From positions 384,001 through 448,000 of the forward strand of contig CAVUKB010000006.1 of NCBI GenBank assembly GCA_963741955.1: a stretch of DNA of 64,000 nt. Reading direction: 5' to 3'. The translations under genes were made by a program, and so were the position numbers. Below the pieces are notes generated by a model. The model was not told where the DNA came from. It did no database searches and saw nothing but the letters and a program-made list of their open reading frames with translations. Below are positions 8,612-16,561 of the stretch, piece after piece (position 1 is the first letter of the stretch; each line of letters opens with the position of its first letter). The stretch comes from an uncultured Acidobacteriota bacterium (lineage in GTDB: Bacteria > Acidobacteriota > Thermoanaerobaculia > Gp7-AA8).

Positions 8612-11011
8612 ATGAGATCTGCATTCTTTCTGGTTCAGGCTTTCTTCCTGTCGATGTCGCTTCTGGCCGCACCGGTACGCCTCCCGACCGGCGCGACACT
8701 CGATCCTGCCGCTCCCGCGATCCAGCTCGGCAATTTTCCTCTCTCTGCGGTCGCCGCGCCGGACGGCCGAGTGGTGGTTCTTCTCTGCGGCTGGAGAGAA
8801 ACCGGCATCCAGGTCGTCGATCCGAAGACCGGCAAGGTCGTGCAGACCGTCCACCAGCCGGGAGCGTTCATCGGTCTGAGATTCGCTCCCGACGGGAAGA
8901 CTCTCTGGGCTTCGGGAGGTGGCGAGGATCTGATCTACCGGTATTCGTGGAACGAAGGAACGGTCATTCCCGACGGCTCGATCTCGATTCAGGAGAAGGG
9001 GTCGACCCGGGTGAAGCGCGATCCGGCCGGAATTGCCGTCTCCGATGACGGGAAGTTCCTTTACGTGGCCGAGAACCTGACCGACACCCTCGCCGTGATC
9101 GACGTCGCTCGGGGAGCCGTGGTGCAGCGCCTCGAGACCGATCGCTATCCCTACGCCGTGGAGATCGGATCCGACGGTCGCGTCTGGGTCTCCTGCTGGG
9201 GTGACGACACGGTGATCTCGTTCGCTCCGGTTCGGAGGGGACTGCTGCGACGCACGGCCCGTGTGATCGTGGGGAGGCATCCCGCGGCGATGCTCATGGA
9301 CGAGGTGGGCAAGCGACTCTACGTCGCATCGCCGAGCACCGACACGATCGCGGTGGTGGACATCGAAGCCGGACGTGCGATCGCGTCGCTGGATGACGCC
9401 GCTACCTCCGGACCTTCGGAAGGGGTGACCCCCGATGCGATGGCGCTCTCGGCCGACGGACAGACACTTTACGTCGCCGAAGCCGACGCGAATGCCGTCG
9501 CAGTGTTCCGCCTCTCTTCGGCGACGTCGGGCCGTCCGGGCAAAGTCACGACCGACTCGATCGCCGGAAGGATTCCGGTCGACTGGTACCCCGCGGCGCT
9601 GGTACGCAGCGGCGACGCTCTTCACGTCGTCTCGGCAAAAGGCCGCGGTACCTCCCCGAATCCTTCTCTTCCCGAGCCCCCGAAGAGCACCCCCCGCAGA
9701 TCGACCGACTACACACTCGGCCAGCTGGACGGAACGTTTCTGACTCTCCCGGTCGAATTCGATCCTGCACAACTGCAGACCTGGACCCGGCGTGTCGCCC
9801 GGGCCAATCGCTGGGACCAGCCGCGCGTCGAACCCGCCTGGCCGCCGTTCCATCACGTCATTTACGTGATCAAGGAGAACCGCACCTACGATCAGATCTT
9901 CGGCGACGTCAGAGAAGGGGATGGAGATCCGTCACTTCTCTTCTTCGGACGTGACGTCACTCCCAACCATCATGCGCTCGCCGCGCGCTTCGGACTGTTC
10001 GACCGTTTCTTCGTCAACGCGGAAGTGAGTGCGGACGGCCATAACTGGTCGACTGCGGCATACGTGACCGATTACGTGACCAAGACCGTTCCCGCGGTCT
10101 ATTCCAACCGGCGGCACGATTACGACTACGAAGGAACGAACCGCGGAGTGATCGTCGACGACGATGACGATGTCGCGGCGCCGGCCGCGGGCTATCTCTG
10201 GGACACGGCCGTGCGGAAGGGACTCTCCATCCGCAACTACGGCGAGTTCATCGACTTCCACGACGCCGGCGAAGAGAAGCCGAGCAACCCGACACGGCGA
10301 GCATTGGTGGGGAACACCGATCCGACATTTCCGGGCTTCGACCTCACCATTCCCGATCAGAAGAGGGCGGACGTGTGGATTCGCGACCTTCACACTTTCG
10401 TGAAGGAGGGAGAGATGCCCGCGCTCCAGATCATCCGTCTTCCGAACGATCACACCGCAGGAGGGAAGAAGGGAGCGCCGACTCCCCGCGCGTATGTCGC
10501 GGACAATGACCTCGCGCTCGGACGGATCATCGCGGCGCTCTCCCGCACTCCGTTCTGGAAGGACACTGCCGTCTTCGTGCTCGAAGACGATGCGCAGAAC
10601 GGTCCTGACCACGTCGACTCGCATCGTTCCTGTCTGCTGGTCGTCTCGGCCTGGAACCGTCCCGGTTCCGTGCACCGCTTCACGAACACCACCGACGTCC
10701 TCGCGACGATCGAAGGGATTCTCGGGCTCGATCCTCTCTCCCAGTTCGACTTCCACGCGAAACCGCTTCACGATATTTTCGCCGCGAAGCCCGACCTCGA
10801 ACCGTACGACGCGCTCATCCCGAAAGTGGATCTCGAAGAGAAGAATCCTTCCGGCACTCCGGCTGCAAAGGCTTCCGAACGACTCGACCTCAGACGCGAC
10901 GCCGCCGACGAGGATGCATTCAACCGGATTCTCTGGTCGATGCTGAAAGGAAACGAACCCTATCCCGGCGTACGACGGATGCCGGGAGAACCCGCCTGGA
11001 GGGAGAGGTGA
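8612..11011 (+). CDS. Secreted YncE-type beta-propeller / alkaline phosphatase-like phosphoesterase fusion
   Basis: Signal peptide, beta-propeller repeats (PDGKTLW, DGKFLYV, DGQTLYV), then YVIKENRTYDQIFGD, SADGHNW, LPNDHT, EDDAQNGPDHVDSHRS. Confidence 0.85.
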   Translation: MRSAFFLVQAFFLSMSLLAAPVRLPTGATLDPAAPAIQLGNFPLSAVAAPDGRVVVLLCGWRETGIQVVDPKTGKVVQTVHQPGAFIGLRFAPDGKTLWASGGGEDLIYRYSWNEGTVIPDGSISIQEKGSTRVKRDPAGIAVSDDGKFLYVAENLTDTLAVIDVARGAVVQRLETDRYPYAVEIGSDGRVWVSCWGDDTVISFAPVRRGLLRRTARVIVGRHPAAMLMDEVGKRLYVASPSTDTIAVVDIEAGRAIASLDDAATSGPSEGVTPDAMALSADGQTLYVAEADANAVAVFRLSSATSGRPGKVTTDSIAGRIPVDWYPAALVRSGDALHVVSAKGRGTSPNPSLPEPPKSTPRRSTDYTLGQLDGTFLTLPVEFDPAQLQTWTRRVARANRWDQPRVEPAWPPFHHVIYVIKENRTYDQIFGDVREGDGDPSLLFFGRDVTPNHHALAARFGLFDRFFVNAEVSADGHNWSTAAYVTDYVTKTVPAVYSNRRHDYDYEGTNRGVIVDDDDDVAAPAAGYLWDTAVRKGLSIRNYGEFIDFHDAGEEKPSNPTRRALVGNTDPTFPGFDLTIPDQKRADVWIRDLHTFVKEGEMPALQIIRLPNDHTAGGKKGAPTPRAYVADNDLALGRIIAALSRTPFWKDTAVFVLEDDAQNGPDHVDSHRSCLLVVSAWNRPGSVHRFTNTTDVLATIEGILGLDPLSQFDFHAKPLHDIFAAKPDLEPYDALIPKVDLEEKNPSGTPAAKASERLDLRRDAADEDAFNRILWSMLKGNEPYPGVRRMPGEPAWRER

Positions 11012-11015
11012 GCCA

Positions 11016-11624
11016 TTGCGCGGAATCGAGCACGTTCCATGGGCCTACGACGCATCGATGGTGCTCCTCGAGCGGGGCTCTCTGCGTGGCTGGCGTGACG
11101 CGCTCGTAGAACGAGCCGAAGGAAGAACGCTCGAGATCGGGTGCGGCACCGGGCGCAATCTCTCCCGTTATCCGTCGGGAGTCGACCTGTTCGCATCCGA
11201 CCCGGATCTCGCTCTCGTCATCGCTGCCCGGCGGCGCAGCGGGCTGCGTCGTCTGGTGGTCGCACGCGCCGAGCAGCTTCCCTTCCGTGATGCGGTTTTC
11301 GACACAGTGGTGAGCAGCCTCGTTCTCTGCAGCGTGGAGGACCCTCCCCAGTCGCTCCGCGAGCTACGCAGGCTCCTCGTTTCGGGCGGATCCCTTCTCG
11401 TGCTCGAGCATGTCCGTTCCCATCGCCCGTTCGAAGCGAAGCTTCAGGATCTCTCACTGCGGCCGTGGTGCTGGTTCACCGGAGGGTGCCATCCGAATCG
11501 CGAAACGCTCGCGGCGATTCGTGAAGCCGGTTTCGTCGAGACCGACCGCGTGAAACGACGCGGGGTGATGAGGCTCGGCCGATTTGCGCCGCGCCAGGAG
11601 CCCGGCGGCCGACAGAAACAGTAG
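11016..11624 (+). CDS. Class I SAM-dependent methyltransferase
   Basis: LEIGCGTG, AEQLPF, FDTVVSSLVLCSV, LEHV, GGCHPNR. Confidence 0.85.
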   Translation: MRGIEHVPWAYDASMVLLERGSLRGWRDALVERAEGRTLEIGCGTGRNLSRYPSGVDLFASDPDLALVIAARRRSGLRRLVVARAEQLPFRDAVFDTVVSSLVLCSVEDPPQSLRELRRLLVSGGSLLVLEHVRSHRPFEAKLQDLSLRPWCWFTGGCHPNRETLAAIREAGFVETDRVKRRGVMRLGRFAPRQEPGGRQKQ

Positions 11625-11789
11625 TCCCGCTGCACGCTTCCGCTCTCTCACAGGTCAATGACAGGGCTGGACAGGGGGCTGAAAGGGAGCTATGAACGAA
11701 AAGAGACCCTGGCCGGCCGCGGCCGGGATTCTCGGTTCCATCCGCAGCCGTCACTTTCGAGAATCAATGATGACGAGGAGCCGGACACC

Positions 11790-12152
11790 ATGATCGAGAA
11801 GATCAATCTCACCGACAAGCTCTCCCGGATATCCGAACATTGGCGTCCGAAGACCGTCGCGACGCTGAACGGTCAGGAAGTGAAGGTGGCGAAGTTTCAG
11901 GGAACGTTCGTCTGGCATCACCACGAGGACGCCGAAGAGATGTTTCTCGGCGTTCGCGGCCACTTCAAAGTCGAATTCCTCGACCACGAAGTCGAGATCG
12001 GACCGGGAGACATCGTGGTCATCCCCCGCGGAGTCGAGCATCGAACCGTAGCGGAGGAGGAAGCGGAAGTCCTGATCTTCGAAGCGGAGAACACCCGCAA
12101 CACCGGGAACATCGTGGACGAGACCTTCACCGCCGAGCTCGAGCGAATCTGA
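11790..12152 (+). CDS. Cupin domain protein
   Basis: EHWRPK, GTFVWHHHEDAEEMF, IPRGVEHRT; RBS GAGGAG before ATG 11790. Confidence 0.9.
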   Translation: MIEKINLTDKLSRISEHWRPKTVATLNGQEVKVAKFQGTFVWHHHEDAEEMFLGVRGHFKVEFLDHEVEIGPGDIVVIPRGVEHRTVAEEEAEVLIFEAENTRNTGNIVDETFTAELERI

Positions 12153-12160
12153 GAGAACGA

Positions 12161-12240
12161 AAGACATCAAAGACATCGAGGATCGAGGATCGAGGATCTG
12201 AGAGACATCGAGGATCGAAGATCGGGGATCTCGAGAGACA
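12161..12240 (+). repeat. Heptamer array A (AAGACATC + GAGGATC units)
   Basis: aagacatcgaggatcgaggatcgaggatctgagagacatcgaggatc..., just after the cupin stop codon. Confidence 0.9.
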
Positions 12241-12295
12241 GCGGTAGATGAGTCTGTCCACCGGTGTCGACCTCCGCGCAGACTCCCAGCGGACG

Positions 12296-12588
12296 CGATC
12301 CGATCCTCGATCTGTTGATCTTCGATCCTCGATCTCTTCGATCACATATCGACGCTCCTCGACGCCTTTCAGATCCTCGATCTTCGATCCCCGATCCTAG
12401 ATCCTCGATCCTCGATCCTCGATCCTCGATCCTAGATCCTCGATCCTCGATCCTAGATCCTCGATCCTCGATCCTAGATCCTAGATCCTCGATGCCTTTC
12501 AGATCCTCGATCCTCGATGCCTTTCAGATCCTAGATCCTCGATCCTCGATCCTCGATGCCTTTCAGATCCTCGATCTTCGATGCTTCT
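12296..12588 (-). repeat. Heptamer array B (GATCCTC/GATCCTA on the + strand, with GATGCCTTTCA spacers)
   Basis: Long run of gatcctc/gatccta units, opposite in orientation to arrays A and C. Confidence 0.95.
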
Positions 12589-12603
12589 GGCGTTTCCTTT
12601 GCA
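12587..12603 (+). promoter_or_regulatory. Sigma54 (-24/-12) promoter
   Basis: cTGGC-gtttcct-TTGCA fits TGGC-N7-TTGC exactly, 25 nt before ATG 12628. Confidence 0.65.
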
Positions 12604-12627
12604 CTTTCAAGGGGAAGGGAGGAGACG

Positions 12628-12771
12628 ATGCTGAACATGATCAAGAAGCTCTTCTACTTCCGTCTCGGCCAGAAGACGGGCCGTGGTGCGGCCCGGACAT
12701 TCGGGTTGAAGTACATCGCGCCGGTCATCGGACTGATTGTCGGATATCGGCTGATGCGGAAGCATTCGTAA
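12628..12771 (+). CDS. Small basic membrane-associated protein (47 aa)
   Basis: MLNMIKKLFYFRLGQKTGRGAARTFGLKYIAPVIGLIVGYRLMRKHS; strong RBS GGAGGAG and a sigma54 motif upstream. Confidence 0.7.
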   Translation: MLNMIKKLFYFRLGQKTGRGAARTFGLKYIAPVIGLIVGYRLMRKHS

Positions 12772-12939
12772 CCGAAAGAACACACCACACCTCCGCCCCG
12801 CTCGCCGGCTCGGCGTCAAACTTCTGGCCGGCGCCGCGGGGCTTTCGGTGCCGGGACGGACCTTCCGCCGGGCGACTCGAACGGGGCTCCAGGCAGCTGA
12901 CAACCCCTCTCCGGCATTGAAGTAAGATGTCTGCCGATC

Positions 12940-13605
12940 ATGTCGGACCAGAAAGAGAACCTCGGAAAGATGCTTCTGGCCGCGAATCTAATCGACGAGG
13001 TGCAGATGCAGATCGCCCTCGCCGAGCAGAAGCGGACCGGGAAGAAATTCGGTTCGACGCTGGTGGACTTGAAATTCATCGATGAGAATGTGCTCGCCGC
13101 GTTTCTCTCGCGCCAGATCGACGTCCCCTGCATTTCTCTGTTGAATGTCGACATCCAGAGGAAGCTCCTGCGGCGGATTCCTGCGCGCGCGGCGCGGGAG
13201 CTCCAGGCGGTTCCGATCCGAGCCGAGGGGGATCGGCTCGAAATCGCCATGGTCGATCCGACCGACGAGGAGGCGGTGGCGATGCTCGAGCGCATCTCGG
13301 GAACGGAGATCATCCCGCTCATCGCTCCACAGAGCTCGATCGAGAAGATGATCGAGCGTCTCTATCCGGAAACCGACGAGGAAGACACCATCTCGACGCG
13401 CGGATCCGCTCCCGCGGTGACCGATCCGATGTTCATGGACCTGATCGAGGAGGTCGAGTACGGCGATCTCGACGAGCGGATGAAGCGGATCGAAGAAACT
13501 CTCGGGCAGGTCTGGACGCTTCTCGAGAAGATCCTTCGGGCTCTCGAAGCGCACGAGCCGGCCGTCGCCGAGCGTCTCTCCCGCCAGGAGACCGACGAGC
13601 GATAG
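12940..13605 (+). CDS. Stand-alone MshEN (GspE/PilB N-terminal) domain protein with C-terminal coiled coil
   Basis: Tandem NLGKMLLAANLIDEVQMQIALAEQ and KFGSTLVDLKFIDENVLAAFLSRQ, then IAMVDP; no ATPase domain. Confidence 0.85.
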   Translation: MSDQKENLGKMLLAANLIDEVQMQIALAEQKRTGKKFGSTLVDLKFIDENVLAAFLSRQIDVPCISLLNVDIQRKLLRRIPARAARELQAVPIRAEGDRLEIAMVDPTDEEAVAMLERISGTEIIPLIAPQSSIEKMIERLYPETDEEDTISTRGSAPAVTDPMFMDLIEEVEYGDLDERMKRIEETLGQVWTLLEKILRALEAHEPAVAERLSRQETDER

Positions 13606-13631
13606 CCCGGATTCTTCGAAATGACGAAGGT

Positions 13632-13660
13632 TTGCCCTCCAGGCCTCGAAACGGCAGAAT
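13632..13660 (+). promoter_or_regulatory. Putative sigma70 promoter of dedA
   Basis: TTGCCC-17 bp-CAGAAT, 9 nt before GTG 13670. Confidence 0.45.
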
Positions 13661-13669
13661 AGCGACCCC

Positions 13670-14347
13670 GTGACTCTCGCCCTCCATCTGATCGCACTGG
13701 TCCAGACGAGCGCTGCAGCCGCAGAGCATCTGCTGCAGGAGTTCGGTTACGTTGCCGTCTTCGTCGGTACCTTCTTCGAGGGGGAGACCATCCTGGTGAC
13801 CGCCGGCTTCTTCGCCGAGCGCGGCTATCTGACGCTCGCCGGCGTGATCATGGTCGGGGCCAGCGGCGCATTCATGGGCCATCTCTTCTGGTTCTGGATC
13901 GGGCGAACTCGAGGGACGAGGATTCTCGATCGCTTTCCCCGCCTGGGAAAACCACTCGGGCGTGGACTGGAGCTCTTCGAGCGGTTCGGTGTCGGAGCGA
14001 TCTTCATCACCCAGTATCTCTACGGCCTGCGCGTGGCTTCGGCGATCGTCTTCGGGCTCACCCGCATCTCTGCCGCGAAGTTCATCCTCTATCAGGCAAT
14101 CAGCTGCGCCACATGGGCCGCCCTGATCGGCTCCCTCGGCTACTTCTTCGGACAGGCCATCGAGGCCGTGCTCGGCAAGGCCGCTCACATCGAGAAGTGG
14201 GGGCTTGCCGCCATCGTCGTGGTCTCGTTCCTCGCCTGGCTCTACCACCGCATCAAGAGCCGCCGCGAAGAGCGGATGGAGATCGACGAGGAGGCTCCCA
14301 CTCCGCCCGAGACCATCGCCACGGACGAAAACGAGAAAGACGTTTAG
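13670..14347 (+). CDS. DedA family membrane protein
   Basis: FGYVAVFVGTFFEGETILVTAGF, multiple TM helices, YGLR motif. Confidence 0.88.
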   Translation: MTLALHLIALVQTSAAAAEHLLQEFGYVAVFVGTFFEGETILVTAGFFAERGYLTLAGVIMVGASGAFMGHLFWFWIGRTRGTRILDRFPRLGKPLGRGLELFERFGVGAIFITQYLYGLRVASAIVFGLTRISAAKFILYQAISCATWAALIGSLGYFFGQAIEAVLGKAAHIEKWGLAAIVVVSFLAWLYHRIKSRREERMEIDEEAPTPPETIATDENEKDV

Positions 14348-14590
14348 AAGCATCGAGGATCTGGGATCGAGGATCTGAAAGACATCGAGGATCTGGGATC
14401 GAGGATCGAGGATCTGAAAGACATCGAGGATCTGAAAGACATCGAGGATCTGGGATCGAGGATCGAGGATCTGAAAGACATCGAGGATCCGGGATCGAGG
14501 ATCGGAGATCTGGAAGACACGGATCTGAGATCGTGGATCGCGGATGCGAAAGACACCGAGAATCGAAGATCGACGATCTGAAAGACCACG
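14346..14590 (+). repeat. Heptamer array C (GAGGATC/TGGGATC units with TGAAAGACATC spacers)
   Basis: Starts inside the dedA stop (tagaagcatcgaggatc...) and is a reverse complement of array B. Confidence 0.95.
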
Positions 14591-14661
14591 AAGGCGGGAA
14601 AGGCAGTGGGGGTCCGACGAATTGAGATCCGGCCGGATTTTCGAGAGAGCTCGAGGCCGAA

Positions 14662-14943
14662 ATGACGAACGATCAGGATGACGATCCGGTAGAGATTGCC
14701 AGTTTCCCTTACCTTCACATCGCGGAGTTTGCGGCATCGGTCCTCGAAGGGTCGGGTGTCGAGAGCTTTCTCGGAGACCAGTTTCTCGGGGGAGTCCGGC
14801 CCGACCTCACATTCACCTCCGGTGGAGTCAAGCTCTTCGTTCGCACCTCCGACGTCGATCGAGCGCTCGAAGTCCTCGCCGAATTCGACGCGGCAGCAGA
14901 AGAGCTCCTGTTGGATTCCGCCGCTCCGGACGGGGAGGAGTAA
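14662..14943 (+). CDS. DUF2007-like putative signal-transducing protein
   Basis: AEFAASVLEGSGVESFL...GGVKLFVRTSDVDRALEVL pattern. Confidence 0.75.
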   Translation: MTNDQDDDPVEIASFPYLHIAEFAASVLEGSGVESFLGDQFLGGVRPDLTFTSGGVKLFVRTSDVDRALEVLAEFDAAAEELLLDSAAPDGEE

Positions 14944-15043
14944 CCCCACGGCGAGGGCCTTCGGTAGAAGGGATGGTCCATCTTCCGTTGCCGGATCTCG
15001 ATCCGGCACCGATACTGAATTCGGCAATGGAAGGAGATTCGAA

Positions 15044-15643
15044 ATGACGCGTAATGTATTTCTTCCAGGACTTCTGACTCTCTTCCTCCTCGGAGGATGC
15101 CAGGGCAACGAGACACCGGAACAGTCGGAGACGACGCCGCCGGCTACCGAGACCACGCAGACCATCGTGACGCAGACCACGGCGACGCAGCTTCCAGGCG
15201 ACATGACCACGGCACCGGTGACCGCCACCACCGAGACCGTGAGAACCGAGACGGCTCCCGCTGCGCAACCCGTGGTGACACCGAAGCCGGTGACGCAAAA
15301 GCCTCCGGCCCCGACGCCCGCGACTCCGAAACCCACCACACCTGCAGCGGAGACACCCCGAACCACGACTCAGACCGAGGCGCCGGCGCCTCAGCCCACG
15401 GCACCACCACCGGCGGCCCCCGCCGAAGCGAAACCTCCCGCCGAAGCCGCTCCGGCAACTTCGACCATGCAAAACTATCCGAACCGGCCGAAGACGCACA
15501 CCGTCAGCTACAAGGGAATCTTCCACGCCCCGGGCGCCGACAATCCGGCACAAAAGTGCGCCGTCTGTCACGGGAAGGATCTCAAAGGGGGGAAGGTCGC
15601 AACCGTTTCCTGCTACTCGTGCCACGACAAGAAGTGGAAGTAA
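15044..15643 (+). CDS. Lipoprotein with long Pro/Thr/Ala linker and C-terminal diheme cytochrome c domain
   Basis: RBS AAGGAG; lipobox LGGC (Cys19); low-complexity linker; two heme motifs, CAVCH and CYSCH. Confidence 0.85.
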   Translation: MTRNVFLPGLLTLFLLGGCQGNETPEQSETTPPATETTQTIVTQTTATQLPGDMTTAPVTATTETVRTETAPAAQPVVTPKPVTQKPPAPTPATPKPTTPAAETPRTTTQTEAPAPQPTAPPPAAPAEAKPPAEAAPATSTMQNYPNRPKTHTVSYKGIFHAPGADNPAQKCAVCHGKDLKGGKVATVSCYSCHDKKWK

Positions 15644-16368
15644 GCGGCTCGCGCAACAGTGGGTCGCGCAACAGTGGGTCGCGCAACGGTGGGTCGCGCA
15701 TCTTGCGCGAGGCTCCCCGGCATCGTGCCGGGGAGCGATGGCCTCACCGAATCGTAATTCGTTCCTCTCGCGCCGCTCGATGTTCGTGTCTCTCCTCCTC
15801 GGGAGGATCGTCGTAACTTGCCCCGAGCAGGGCCGCGCGGGACGCGACCCTGCATCGGACGAGACGTCCAACCCACTGACCCTACCCTGCATCGGACAAG
15901 GTGGGTCGCGCAGAGGTGGGTCGCGCATCTTGCGCGAGGCTCCCCGGCATCGTGCCGGGGAGCGATGGCCTCACCGAAACGAAATTCGCTCCTCTTCGCG
16001 CCGCTCGATGTTCGTGTCTCTCCTGCTCGGGAGGATTTTCGTAACTTGCCCGCGAGCAGGGCCGCGCGGGACGCGACCCTGCATCGGACGGGACGTCCAA
16101 CCCACAGACCCCACCCTGCATCGGACACGGTGGCTCGCGAAATAGTGGGTCGCGCAACAGTGGGTCACGCATCTTGCGCGAGGCTCCCCGGCATCGTGCC
16201 GGGGAGCGATGGCCTCACCGAAACGTAAATCGCTCCTCTCGCGCCGCTCGATGTTCGTGTCTCTCCTGCTCGGGAGGATTTTCGTAATTTGCCCCGAGCA
16301 GGGCCGCGCGGGACGCGGCCCTGCATCGGACGAGGACGTCCAACCCACAGACCCCACCCTGCATCGGG
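15644..16368. repeat. Tandem triplication of a 227-244 bp palindrome-rich unit (REP/BIME-like)
   Basis: gtgggtc(g/a)cgcatcttgcgcgaggctccccggcatcgtgccggggagc starts at 15689, 15916 and 16160; preceded by short gtgggtcgcgcaaca tandems. Confidence 0.92.
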
Positions 16369-16561
16369 TCGAACACCCAAACTACATCAACTCCACTGAA
16401 ACCCCTCCAGCCGCGGTTCGTAAACGACCATTCAGGGATCGGTCTGCCCGGAATCACTTCCAGGTCGCTCCGAACCAGCGTAGAGTGCGATCGGCTCCCG
16501 CCCGATCCATTTCAATCGAGGAATCCGGCAATCGCCCGGACCCTCCGAAGGAGAGAGAACC

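Noticed and set aside
12264-12920. ORFs with PRSSILD-type repeats (also 13433..14737, 14113..14625, 57235..57456)
   Set aside because: Translation of heptamer DNA repeats; they overlap real genes and lack start signals.
15644-16368. CRISPR array
   Set aside because: Whole units are repeated with no unique spacers, and there are no cas genes; the same holds for 30889-31429 and the heptamer arrays.
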